A stretch of 64,000 bases of DNA from Chiloscyllium plagiosum (taxonomy: Eukaryota). Positions 39,827-52,289 of the stretch are shown one piece after another. Made by a program: the position numbers and the translations under genes. Position 1 is the first letter of the stretch. Every line of letters starts with the position of its first letter. The notes beneath the pieces are model-generated. The model did no database searches. It was given only the letters and a program-made list of their open reading frames with translations, and was not told the origin of the DNA. The stretch is taken from contig NC_057748.1 of NCBI RefSeq assembly GCF_004010195.1, positions 1,048,246 to 1,112,245 on the forward strand, given 5' to 3'.

Positions 39827-40371
39827 TAAGTAAACTCAGAGTTCAATTTTCATTTTAGTCTTAATGCTAAACATGGTTAGTGGAACAACAGACAAAATGT
39901 TACAACAATAATTTTAAGGAAAACATTACTGGTTACATCTGGGATTATGGAGATAGTGGGAGAGTTTGACCAGCTAAGTTTTTGTTCCCTTTGCTGTGAT
40001 TTGCACCTCTCTGATATACAAGAGATGTTGGTGAAATAGATAGGGCAGTCATTTCCAGACTGTCCACAACTTCAAAACTGGCTTTCATTGAGTTAGAGAC
40101 ACCAAGGGGTGTTCAGAATGTGGGCAAAAAAAGCAAAAGTTCACCAATGCCCCTGTATTGAGGAAGCTGCAACTTGTGTAGTACTGGTACACGGAGAAGG
40201 AGCAGTTTCACTGGAACAGAGTTCAATTTCACTGCTAAAGGGGTTAAAGAGACTCTGCCCAGGTCAACGATGCCCGTCTGTCCGCTGTGGATTGTGGGTA
40301 ACCCTCCAACAATCTCATTCTGTCAGTCTGCCCACAGGGAGTGGGGCAGAAAGGCTGGTACTGACTCCAGT

Positions 40372-40712
40372 CTGTGTGTGTGTGTGTGTGTCTGTCTGTG
40401 CGTGTGTGTGTGCGTGTGTGTCTGTGTATATGTGTGTGTGTGGTTGTCTATGTGTGTGGCTGTCTGTCTGTGTGTGGCTGTGTGTATGTGTGCGTGTTTG
40501 TCTGTGTGTGTGTGTGGCTGTCTGCGTGTGTGCGTGTTTGTCTGTGTGTGTGTGGGGCTGTCTGTGTATTCCTGATGAAGGCCTCCGGCTCGAAGTGTCG
40601 ATTTTCCTGCTCCTCGGATGCTGCCTGACCTGCTGTGCTTTTCCAGCACCATACTCTCAACTCGTGTGTGTGAGAGTGTGTGTATATGAGAGTGTCTGTG
40701 TGTGTGTGTGTG
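40372..40712. repeat. (GT)n-rich microsatellite interrupted by a hammerhead-type mini-element (40569-40660)
   Basis: GT repeats; cctgatgaaggcctccggctcgaagtgtcgattttcctgctcctcggatgctgcc is inserted within them. Confidence 0.85.
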
Positions 40713-40820
40713 GAGAGAGGAGAAGATCCTAATGTCATTTCTATTAAAACTCCAGCAAAATAGTTCTCAGACCCTTGGATTCCAAGGCTCAACCTGTAAA
40801 TCAAAATTTCTCAGTTATAC

Positions 40821-40942
40821 CCTTTCACGCCTGCTTTGGGGGGTTTGCTCTTGAACTGTCGAGTCGCTCTTTGCTTGAACTTTGGTGGCCCCTTCCTAGG
40901 GGACGTGGCACCTCCAGAAATATTAGTTGGTGAAATATTCAT
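40821..40942 (-). CDS. PDE6H: PDE6 gamma subunit, first coding exon ([41 protein letters not shown])
   Basis: ATG at 40942-40940; [21 protein letters not shown] polycationic motif; donor AAAGG|gtataa; the three exons total 240 nt (79 aa plus stop). PDE6H is preferred over PDE6G from FSHLEL and linkage to WBP11. Confidence 0.93.
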
Positions 40943-43900
40943 TTCCACAGAACAGGGTTACTGAGACAGGAAACACTCACTGAAAGACAAAATGTCACAG
41001 TCAAACCAACGATTCTGGACACACCATCCCTGGTTAGAAAGGGAGGAATTTTCTGTCAATTATTTGTGGGGATTGAAGGTGCAACAGCTACTGTCTGATC
41101 CCTTCAGTAGCCATAACAAAGAGTTTATTCACAACTTACAAAACTGTCAAGTCAAGAATAGCCACCCATAATGTCCGTGAAGTGTGGCAGTATAGTATTA
41201 CCAAAGAAATGCACTTAGACCTTGCTCAGTCATTTCAGCTGCAGCAGACCCTAACACTTCCAACAAAATGAATCAATGGCACAGAAACGTCTGGAGTGAG
41301 CCTTGACTCCACGGGAGCATTCTTGCCCAGAGTCTGGAATCCATTCCCGCCATCAGACATTGGGTAGAAAAGGTCTAATTCCTAAACACTGGGAAGGTAT
41401 TCAGCAGATCACACCAACAATGTCAGGAAATCCATCTCTGTCTGGCACTGTAACACCCCCAGTCATAGAGGAGTACAGCACGGAAACAGACCCTTTGGTC
41501 AAACCTGTCTATGCCGACCAGATATCCCAACCCAATCTAGTCCCACAGTCGAGTTGTATTTTTGCCCTCCTGACCTAATTTGTAAATAACGAGTGGTAAA
41601 ACTTAATACTGAGAAAGTTATTCTGCAAGCTGACACTTCCAAGTCCCACAGCCCCTCGTTATATTGGAAATGGACAGGCTGCTTTGTTTAAGATTCCTCT
41701 GACAGATGACATTGAATCCTCTTACAGGATGAGCTAAGTGCTTGAATTGGGCTTAGCCCAGTTGATCTCAGTGACATCTTATTCTGGTTCTTTCTTATTT
41801 TGCAATATTTTTCCAGGTGGGTCTCTGGACAAATAGCAACATTACAGAGTTAAAGTAAAGGGAATGTGATTGGGAGACAGCGGAACATTTTCTTTTTGTT
41901 TGCCAGCATGGGGTATTGAGCCCATTGGCTGTTTCTGTGCCACATCCCATGCATTCTATGTATAATATTTGGATCCCATTGAATCTGTATACAATATGCT
42001 ATACAGATCCTATATACACCATACATTATATATTTCCTTGGGGTCCTGTGGTTCAGTGAGGGCCTGGGTTCAAGTCCCACCTACTCCAGAGGGTGTCACA
42101 ACCTCCTTGAACTGAATGATTTAAATTATTTACAATACTATCTGTACATGCTGGGAGAAATTACATTGTACATCTTGGCTTACAATGATTTTGTCTTTGT
42201 TGATTTTTTTTCTGTGTCATTGAATTACAGCAAAGGCTTACATTTATGTAACATCTTGGAAAATTTTCCAAAAGAACTTCACAGCAAAATGATCAAACAA
42301 ATATCACCATGACCCCAAAGGTGGAGTTATTGGGGATGGGGAGTTCACTACACGTTCGGCTAAAAAGTGTTTTGTGGAGGTTGGAGGGATCAGATAAGGG
42401 ACAAAGAGATGGAGTGAAGAAAGGGACTTTAGCGTTGAGACTGCTGGGGATTGGCCAGTAAAGGAGTGATGGGAAGAACTGCATAAAGGCTGGTTTTAAA
42501 GGAAGGACATGTTTCTGGAGGTTTGTATGCTGGAGAGATTTGCATAAATGCAATTTGCAATCTCCTTGGGAGAAGGAGAAAATATGATGGTCAGTAAAAA
42601 GTCACTTCTAACCTGTTTCATTACACACTGGGGATGTTTAATGAGGGGAAAGAAGCTAATATCAGGGAATGAATGTGTTTAGCTATTTTAAAAAGATTAT
42701 TTAAAAGAAACACAGACACAAAAGCATACACACACGAACAAGCACTGATGGCTACACAGAGACAGAGATATGCATGCACAAACACACATCATTTTACTTA
42801 CTAAAGTATAGAACCTCAATATCTACAAACTGGCTGGAAAAATATCATAAATCCTTTTGCATATATCACTGTTTGTTGAGAAGCTCTCAATCTAATGCAT
42901 TTGTTCACTTCTTTGTATGTTCACACGTAGTACCTCTCTATTTAATCAATTGCTTATGGTGGTACTTACAGATTATGTAGCAGATTCCATCCCTAGTAAA
43001 TTGCTTGAATGTAAACTGACAGCTACCCCTGCTGTACATTGATACTACAAGCTGATTTTCTTATGGAAGCAATCTCTATAAATACCATGAAGAAAGAGCA
43101 CACAGGAAAATATGAACATAGAACAGCACGGCACAGTACAGCACAGCACAGGACCTTCAGTCCACAACGTTATGTGAAGCATTTTTCTTAATCTAAGATC
43201 AACCTAATCTACACACTTCTCAATTTACTGTCGTCCATGTGCTTGTCCAGAGGCATGATTCATCACAAATCTACCTCTCACTCAACTACTCAAGAAAAGA
43301 GTATGATGTTCAAAACATGTTACACTCTGCATAGGTGTTATTTTTCACATGAGCCCCCAGTCTAATCTCATCTCTATCTCACTCAGTGCAGCTTTCAATA
43401 ATCATGAGAAAGTCAGAACCAGGAGTAGTTCAGCTGCATGAGCCTGCTCCCCCATTCTATCCCATCATGGCTGATCTCATCTCAGCCTCAACTCCATTTT
43501 CCCCTCTACCTTCCATAACCCTTCAATCTATTACTGATTAAAAATCTATCTCCTCCTCAAATTTACTTAATGTCCCAGCATCCACTATACTCTGAGGTTG
43601 TGAATTCCACAGATTCATAACTCTTAGAGAAATAATATCTCCTTGTGTCTGTTGTAAATCTGATACCCATTATCCTAAAACAAGTCCTTTTTTTGTATCC
43701 ATCCACAGATGTATGTATTGCTGGCTGGGCCAGCACTTATGGCCCATTCCCAATAGCCCACAGGGCAGGAGTCAACCACGTTGCTGTGGGTCTGGAGTCA
43801 TATGTAGGCCAGATCAGGTAAGGACAGCAAATTTCCTTCTCTGAAGGACATTAGTGAACCAGATGGATTTTTCCTGACAATGGTTTGATTGTCATCATTA

Positions 43901-45351
43901 GACTTTTATTTCAAGCATAGCCCCTTCGTCAGGTGAAGTGATAAAGGAGCAGCGCTCCAAAAGCTTGTGATTTCAAATACATCTCTTGGACTATAACCTG
44001 GTGTCGTGTAACTTAAGTCATAGAGATGTACAGCATGGAAACAGACCCTTCAGTCCAACCCATCCATGCTGACCAGATATCCCAACCCAATCTAGTCCCA
44101 CCTGCCAGCACTTGGCCCATATCCCTCTAAACCCTTCCTATTCATATACCCATCCAAATGCCTCTTAAATGTTGCAATTGTACCACCTCCACCAGACTTC
44201 TGACTTTGTCCACCCCCCGTCATCTCCACATCAAAATTATTACTAAATTCAAATTCCAGCAATCTGCCATGGCTGGATTTGAACCTGCATCCCCAGAACA
44301 TTACCTGGATCTCTGGATTAATGATATAATATTAATATCACTAGGCCATTACCTCCCCTGTCCATATTTTAATATTCCTTTTTTAGAAGCAAGTGTCTAA
44401 TTTCATTTTCTTGGAACCATTGAAACTGGTGGCAAGAATTTTAAACAGAAACTATAAACCATAGAACAGTGCAGAAAGCTCACACAAACTACAAATCGAC
44501 ACCAAATTAATCCCATGATCCGTTCATAATTTACTTAACCCATATCTGGATATGCGAATGTTACAAGTAATGATAAGAAGTTAAAAAAAATGCAGTAAAA
44601 GGGAATGGGTAGTGCAGTGGTAGTGTACCTATTTCTGAACTGGGAGGTCTGCATTCAAGTCTCACCTGCTTCAGAGGTGTACAACAACATCTTAGAGAAG
44701 GATGATTAGGTAATAAATGTGAAGCATCAAAGGGGTGTGATTACAAAACAATCTGATGTTAGGAGAACCAAGTGGACGTGTTCTGTGGACTTGGATCTCG
44801 TTTCCCAGCCATTCATATTGCTTCAGATTTTGATTTGATTTGAATTGAACAGAATCATCAGCCCCCTCCCAGTTTGGTATACACAGCACTTCATGTTTCA
44901 GTAAAATTGGATTTACTAATCTTCTCACAGAGCTTCCCATTCAATATCTCAGGAGCACATGTTCGCTAATCGACTCAGTTCCTGATGATCCCAATTAGCA
45001 GCAGTGAATCCAAAAAGCTCCTGATGGACAGATACACTTGGATTAGGATTACTGCTACAGGCTGTCACTTGCAAGCCTGACTGTCACTGACACAAAAAGA
45101 TGGAACACATTGGAAATACTCAGGAAATCAGGCAGCAGGAGGAATTCCAGTCTTTACCATCTTCTGATAGACACACGGCTGATCAGTGGGAATTTCAGAT
45201 ACAGGCACTGCAGGGAAGGTGTATTCCTCTAAGTAGTCCTGAAAACCATAATGGAAACAAATCTGCAAAACGTGCTACAGCTTATCATCTGAAGTGAAAT
45301 CATAGACAAGTTCTGAGAATTAAACCCAATATTGCCGCTTCACTGAGCAAG

Positions 45352-45485
45352 ATTGATTTGGAGGTTCCAGTGTTGGACTGGGGTGTACAAAGTTAAAATT
45401 CACACAGCACCAGGTTATGGTCCAACAGGTTTATTTGAAAGCACTAGCTTTTGGAGCGCTGCTCCTTCATCAGGTGGTTGTTGTA
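45352..45485 (-). mobile_element. Penelope-derived mini-element with a hammerhead core
   Basis: Reverse complement reads caaccac-CTGATGA-AGGAGC-AGC-GCTCC-aAAA-GCTA-gtg; same family as 37300 and 52709. Confidence 0.75.
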
Positions 45486-46434
45486 TCCTTGGCATGTTTT
45501 GCATTTCTACACAACAAACAGACTCCCCACAAATTCCCTGGGGAATCTCAGTGGAATTATGAAACAGTGGGACAAATAGAGTTGTGAACAAATTCTCGGT
45601 TAATGCTTTCATTGTTCATGAGCATTTCAACAATACAAGATTCTTTGGGGATGCGACAGGAGATGTTATTTCCCCTTGTGGGAGCGTCTAGGACCAGAGG
45701 CATAATAAGGAGTCAGCCATTTAAGACAGAAATAAAGAGGAAGTTCTTCTCTCAGAGAGGATGAGTCAGTGGAATTCTTTACTGGAGAGTTGTTGAGGCT
45801 GGGTCATTAAATACATTCAAGACTGAGATAGAGAGATTTTAGTCAGGAAGGGAATCGAAAGTTATGGGGGAAAGGCAGGAAAGTGGAGTTATCAGATCAG
45901 CTTTGAATGATACAGCAGACTTGATGGGCTGAATGGTGTAGAATCCTAAAATGTCTACAGTGCAGAAAGAGGTCATTTGGCCCATCAAATCTACACTGAC
46001 CCTCTGAAGAGTATCCAGACTCACCCACACACCTTTTTAAACTATGGCTACCCCACCAAACCTGGACTGCACCATTCATACATCTTCTGGTCTGATTTCA
46101 ATATTTGTGAATCTTGAAATCAGCATTTGACCCTTCATTGTTAATTGTTGATATTATATAAAAACTGGCAAGTGACCAAATTTAAGTCAGTAAATGTGGG
46201 ATTGCACTGACATTCCACTGACTGGTCGCTGAGCTGAAGGGTACTGAAGGGTACCAGGATCCCAACACTGCAACCTCAAGGAGAACAATCAGGGGCATTG
46301 CAAATCCTCTCAAGATCAGCTGCTCAGGTCCCAGGAAACTGACTAAACTGAAGTCACGTAATTGATAGTCATTCAATACCAATGACATCTGTACATTACA
46401 AACATCATCAGCTTGAGAAGTCCCGCACTTTCAA

Positions 46435-46697
46435 AGGGTCAGTACCAAGGGAATTCTGCACTGTCAGAGGGTCAGTGCTGAGGGAGTGCCGCACTGTCGG
46501 ATGGTCAATACTGAGGGGATGCTGCACCGTCAGAGGGTCAGTACTGAGGGAGTGCCACACTGTCAGAGGGTCAGTGCTGAGGGAGTGCTGCACTGTCGGA
46601 GGGTCAGTGCTGAGGGAGCGCCGCACTGTCGGAGGGTCAGAGCTGAGGGAGCGCCGCACGGTCGGAGGGTCAGAGCTGAGGGAGCGCCGCACTGCAG
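46435..46697. repeat. 33-bp minisatellite (about 8 copies)
   Basis: Unit gagggtcagtgctgagggagtgccgcactgtc(g/a); gives the 11-aa periodicity of the overlapping ORFs. Confidence 0.9.
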
Positions 46698-46824
46698 GAT
46701 AGATTGCTTCCTGTGACAATGTTCTGTCTATCTGCCAATATTTCAAATGATGTCTGCAAGTTTGTATTCTGAGCCAATTCTTATTCTTTTATTGAAAAGG
46801 GGATGAAAGTATCACTTTACTTAC

Positions 46825-46970
46825 AAGAAGCAGCAGCAGCAGACAGTATTGAGGCTGGGCTCTGTCCCTTTCTCGCTGTCCCTGCAGATTCTCTGACTCC
46901 CTCTCCTTAAATCCTCTCTCAGTCACGCTATGCTTTCACAATCCTCTTCCAGCTGCCTTATTGGCTGCAC
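46825..46970 (-). promoter_or_regulatory. candidate PDE6H promoter and non-coding first exon
   Basis: On the - strand: CCAAT (46964-46960), TATA-like GATTTAA (46913-46907), then a perfect donor CTT|gtaagt at 46825/46824. Confidence 0.5.
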
Positions 46971-47929
46971 CCTGAGCTCTCCATCCCACTTCAGGTCAAG
47001 CTTCATGAACCTTTCCAGAGAATACCCTCCACCCCCAGCCCCTCTGCTGCTGAACATGAGCAGAAAGCTGTTCTTAAACAGAGCAACGTGGAGGTTGGGG
47101 TGAGCCCCTGATCTTGGGGTTTGATACTCAGTGCAGCCCAGTTTCCCCTCCGCATCCACACTCTGGTTTTAGGGATCAGTCCTTGCCTTTCGAAGTCTGA
47201 GTGTATTAGAAGTGGGCTTTGACTCTGCTTTGATTGAGTTTCTGGGACTAGGTCTGAATTTTGTGAAATAGATGTGTGTTTGGAATAAAACAGTCAGATC
47301 CAGTGCTGGGAAAACACTGCTTCTGTGTGCAGATGTAACTCTGAATGTTTGATTTGAAACTGGAGACTGCAGAATGACATTACCAGAAAGTGGTCCACGC
47401 ATCAGAGGCTGAATGTTTTTTTTAAATCTCGGGGTCATTAAGTTCAGTTGTACAATGTTAAACTCACAAGGATTAGCAGTGAAGCTTAGAAATGTTCTGA
47501 CTGTGGTGGGTATGACGTCACAGTGAGTTGGTGTTGGAATGGTGTAACACATCCCATACTAGGGAAAATGTGACACTAATGGGTGCGACGCTGATGAGTG
47601 TGACACTAGTGACACAGACAGTCCTACACTTTGCTATACATTTGACAAGATCATTACATCTGCACTGAAGTGTAAGTGAATTCTGCACACTGTTATAGTG
47701 ACCTGTGTAAATGGGATGATTATTAGAACAGTACAGCACAGAACAGGCCCTTCGGCCCTCGATGTTGTGCCGACCTTTTATCCTACTCTAAGATCAGACT
47801 AACCTACGTACCCTTCATTGTACTATCATCCATGTGCCTATCCAAGAGTGGTTTAAATGTCCCTAATGTATGACTTTGCAATCACTGCTCTTAGTGAATA
47901 TTCTGATGGAGACTCTGTTAGTCCGTTTA

Positions 47930-48050
47930 CAGAGGATTATTGTTGCGACAATCACCTTACTGTTCAGGCAGATTAGTGAGGTGAAGCTGCTACTAATCTG
48001 TTTCAGCAGGAGAGGACATTACTGATTAGACAATCCCCAGCAGATTAAAT
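47930..48050. promoter_or_regulatory. cluster of CRX/OTX2-type homeodomain sites (candidate photoreceptor enhancer)
   Basis: GGATTA 47934, AGATTA 47970, TAATCT 47994, TGATTA 48023 and AGATTA 48042 within about 115 bp. Confidence 0.5.
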
Positions 48051-48267
48051 CATGTCTCTGAGAGATTGGTTCATGCGATATCTGGCCAAGTCACTTTGTA
48101 AACAGTTGGTAACAAATCCAGAATAATGCTGCTCAGGCGACTCTATTTTACTGTGTTCCTGCGAGAAGATGAGTAACTGATGGAGATTGCCAGAGACCGT
48201 GGTGATATCAGGGCTGACCATTTATCAAAAAATCAATCCAGAGCAACATTAATTTCACAAATTGACT

Positions 48268-48510
48268 GACAGGTAGCCCCTCTGACAGTGCAGTATTCCC
48301 TCGCTGTTGGACAGGTAGCCCCTCTGACAGTGCAGTATTCCCTCGCTGTTGGACAGAGCCCCTCTGACAGTGCAGTATTCCCTCGCTGTTGGACAGGTAG
48401 CCCCTCTGACAGTGCAGTATTCCCTCGCTGTTGGACAGAGCCCCCCTGACAGTGCAGTATTCCCTCGCTGTTGGACAGAGCTCCTCTGACAGTGCAGTAT
48501 TCCCTCGCCA
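48268..48510. repeat. minisatellite of about 38-41 bp (about 6 copies)
   Basis: Unit ccctctgacagtgcagtattccctcgctgttggacag(gt)agcc. Confidence 0.9.
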
Positions 48511-48745
48511 TTGGTTGGAGCTGTCATCTTAGACTCAGTATCTGTCTGGCAGTGGGATCAAAACAGATGACCGTCCGCTCCACAGCACCAGCTGACTCAG
48601 GAAAGAGCCATGCAGCAAACAAACTGATCCATGCAGATGTTCCTAGAACAGGAAATGGCTCTGGATAAATTCAAACTTCAGCAGTTCATGGAAGAATATA
48701 AACATGGGACTGGAAGGAAATACAGACACTGAAATCATCTGATTT

Positions 48746-49285
48746 GATTTGAATTATTATTGTCACAGGTACCAAGATACAGTGAAAAGTACTATTTTGC
48801 ATGTTATCCAGACAATTCATATCTTAGATAAGTACAGAAGGGTAATAGAACAGAATGTACTATATAGAGAAAGATATTTGAGAGGTCTGCTCACAAGTCT
48901 GATAACAGCAGGAAGAAACTGTTCTTAAATCTGTTGGTACATGTATTTAAACTTTTGTATCTTCTGACTGATGGAAGAGGGTGCAAGAGTGTATAACTGG
49001 GGTGATTGTACTGGCCGCTTTCCCAAGGCAGTGGGAAGTCGAGATGGAGTCGATGGATGGAAGGCTGTTTTTCAGGATGGACTGAGCTATGTTCAGGACT
49101 CTCTGTAATTTCTTATGTTGTTGGGCAGAGCAGTTGCCATACCAAGCTGTGATGGACCCGGATAGGATGCTTTCTATGGTGCATCTATTAAAATTCCTAA
49201 GAGTCCTTGTGGACATGCTGGATTTCCTTAGCATTCTGAGGAAGTAGAGGCGATGGTGTGCTTTCTTAACCATTGTTGCAATCTC
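48746..49285 (-). mobile_element. Rex1/Babar- or L2-group LINE 3' fragment
   Basis: KKAHHRLYFLRMLRK...RCTIESILSGSITAWYGNCS...LQRV is the post-RT domain typical of Rex1/Babar elements. Confidence 0.75.
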
Positions 49286-49904
49286 TCTTTCGATGCCATC
49301 CAACCTGCTGAGTATTCCTGACATTTTCTGTTTTGTATTTTCCAATGCTCACCATTTGGTTCGGGGGGGGAGGCTGAACTCAGTCTCAGGTGAACTCTCC
49401 TCCAACTTATCTGAGAGCCAGGTTTAGTCAAGACAATCGCTTTGGAATTTTTAAAATGCCAACAGGTCTTGCAGAGAGAGTGATAACTCCATGGCAGAGT
49501 ACATCCAGGCTGAAGAAACAAGCAAAATGCTGAAACCAGTTATTTATTACATTATACAGCATTATTTGAATTTCCGGAGGTTTTTGCTATAATTGTCAAG
49601 GGGATTGTTCAGGCCAACATTGAGATAAAATGCAAACAAAACTACAGATGCTGGAAATCTGAAAGATTGCTGGAGAAACTCCGCGGGTCTAGTAGTCTCT
49701 CTGGAGAGAGAAAGATTCTATAGAGCTGCGGAGTTTCTCCAGTAATACCTCTTTGACTCTAAGCTGGTGGGGCTCCTTCTACCTTCGTTCCCAGGACAGT
49801 CCCAGAGTCACAATGGTCCCAACACGACGGCAGGCTGCAGTGTCCTGACCGTCCGCTGGATGGCAGACGTGAGACGGTCTGCAGTTCTCGTTGTAGCCGT
49901 GGGA

Positions 49905-50556
49905 GGCGGCTGTGAGGCCGGGCTGTGGTTCCCCTGGTGTCCGCAAGGAGCGGGTGTGAGACCAGGTTGCAGTTCCTCTGGTGGCCTCGGGGAGCGGGTA
50001 TGAGACCAGGTTGCAGTTCCCCCGGTGGCCACAGGGAGCGGGGCTGAGCCGAGTTGCAGTTCCCCCGGTGGCCGCGGGGAGCGGGTGTAAAGCCGGGCTG
50101 CAGTTCCGCCGGTCGGCGCGGAGAGCGGGTGTGAGACCGGGTTGCAGTTCCCCCGATGGCCGCGGGGAGCGGGTGTGAGACCAGGTTGCAGTTCCCCCGA
50201 TGGCCGCGGAGAGCGGGTGTGAGACCAGGTTGCAGTTCCCCCGATGGCCGCGGGGAGCGGGTGTGAGACCAGGTTGCAGTTCCCCCGATGGCCGCGGGGA
50301 GCGGGTGTGAGACCAGGTTGCAGTTCCCCCGATGGCCGCGGGGAGCGGGTGTGAGACCAGGTTGCAGTTCCCCCGATGGCCGCGGGGAGCGGGTGTGAGA
50401 CCAGGTTGCAGTTCCCCCGATGGCCGCGGGGAGCGGGTGTGAGACCAGGTTGCAGTTCCCCCGATGGCCGCGGGGAGCGGGTTTGAGACCAGGTTGCAGT
50501 TCCCCCGGTGGCCATGGGGAGCGGGGCTGAGCCGGGTTGCAGTTCCCTCGGTGGCC
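49905..50556. repeat. GC/CpG-rich 44-bp minisatellite (about 14 copies)
   Basis: Unit gggagcgggtgtgagaccaggttgcagttcccccgatggccgcg; central copies identical or nearly so. Confidence 0.95.
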
Positions 50557-51200
50557 GGTGGTGTCGCGCGTTCCCCTTGGTACAGGCACGCCGCCATTTT
50601 GTGACCGTGTCTCAGCCGTGGCCCCGGATCCGGCTTCTCCCGCTCGGTAAGTTCCGACGCCGCCACCCCGGGCCTCGCTTCTCCACGGTTCCAATTCCTT
50701 CTGCACCCTGGTGGCCATCTTGTGCCCGAACCTGGCTCATTGGTCGCAGGTCAGTGCTGCCCGGACGGGGCTCTCGAGCAGAGAGAATGGCAGAGCCTGA
50801 GGCCTGGTCCCTGGTCAGTTTGAGGGGCTAAGGCGGAGGGAGGGGGTGGTGTTGTGGAAATGGAGCGAGGCCAAGCCTTGGGTTTGGCATTGACTCCGAT
50901 ACCGTATACTTCTGGATCCTGAGTGTGAGCAACACGATTCAGCCCTTTATGCCAGCATGGTGTCGCCTTGGCAACGGTGCTTTCCAATCTGGAGTTATTG
51001 TTACCGAGAGCACCGCCGATGGGGGATGGGGGGGGGGGGGTCGGGTCGTCCCACTACCCGTGGCTCCGTCCTCAGCCGGTAACGGCAGGGACCCGTGCTG
51101 TAGAAACGCCAGCACACAAAAAAAGGAAGGCCTCGGCCCCTCAACCAAAATCACCCGAAAACGGCCACTTCTCACCCGTCCCCCGGCGCTGCCTCAGTGC
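50557..51200 (+). promoter_or_regulatory. CpG-island promoter and non-coding first exon of an unidentified + strand gene
   Basis: YY1 motifs CCGCCATTTT (50591) and GCCATCTT (about 50714); donor CTCG|gtaagt at 50646/50647; X-box GTCGCCTTGGCAAC at 50962-50975. Confidence 0.6.
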
Positions 51201-52289
51201 TGTGTAGCTCTGGCACTTTGGGTTTTAATTTATTTCGATGAGCGATAGGCCTGAGGAAGAGGAATTGGGGGAAAGTAGAGAGTGCCCAAGCTCTGCGCTG
51301 GGAGCCTGAAGGTCTTTGTGCGGTTTGTGCATTCGTGCTGGCTGCTTGAGGGAAGCTGTTGACAAAGGAAGATTCGTATCCTGTGCATTCGTATCACATC
51401 TTGCTGTCTGCAGAGATCTCGAAGTCTTTCATACAAAATTCATCACTTTCTAGACTGCAGGTTGCTATTATAGCAAAATCAAAGTTGACAAAATCCATTC
51501 TGTGCATCAGCAAATCATTAATGCGGTACTGTTACTTTCACAATAGCTCAACATTTTCACCAAGTGTTTCATAAACAAGCCCCTTCTTGTCAAATGTAAT
51601 GAGTAGCTAGGAACTTTGTGATTTGGTTCAGTAAATTGGAGTATATACCTATGAAACCGTGCTAACAATACTGCTGCACATCACAGGCCCCACAAGTGAA
51701 TTGTGTTGTTCGGCATCACTTATCCCTCTCCCCTTTTACGGTATTCAGAAAGCTTGTTGTCCCTGTAATGCATACTTGGCGTTACAACATTCTTAGATGT
51801 GTCCCTGCTTCTGTCGACATCTTAGCATCAAGGCTAAAGTGAAATTGGTGCTTTTCTCTCAGTTTTGTAATTTTTGCAACAGACAGCAGTTAGTTTTACA
51901 GAATTGAGAAGCAAGATTTAGATTTGATCTCATTCAGGGAAAGGGAGGTTGGTGAATCAATACAGAAGCTGATACTAGCTAGATCTTGTACTGATCGAAC
52001 ACACACATGGTGAGTCAAGTGCAACAATATTCAGAAGGGACTCTCAGTTCCTGCACATTCTACACTGAAAGCAGATGGTGGTAGGGGATGGGTGTGATGG
52101 CGATGCAAGGCACAAAATACTAACTTGAGGCAGTCTATTGCATGCCCAGTAACCAACTTGACATTGTGACCCTCTTAATGCCGATCTCTCATTTTTTTTT
52201 GTAGAGATCTTTCAGATCAGAGAGTGCTTTCTCTATTATCACAGAATTCTCCACAGAGTAGGACAAGGAGTGACTGCCCTAGTGTTTTT

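Noticed and set aside
40109-40804. Cys/Val- and His/Thr-rich ORFs
   Set aside because: Translations of the (GT)n microsatellite.
44692-45020. Minus-strand 82-aa ORF preceded by an acceptor-like ccatcag
   Set aside because: No recognisable homology or good donor; more likely intronic regulatory sequence of PDE6H.
46382-50556. Tandem arrays as CRISPR-like repeats
   Set aside because: Units are contiguous without unique spacers, the context is eukaryotic, and there are no cas genes.
49759-50718. Long minus-strand ORFs (319, 295 and 235 aa) as a protein-coding gene
   Set aside because: Explained by a stop-free 44-bp tandem repeat; no domain or splice support.
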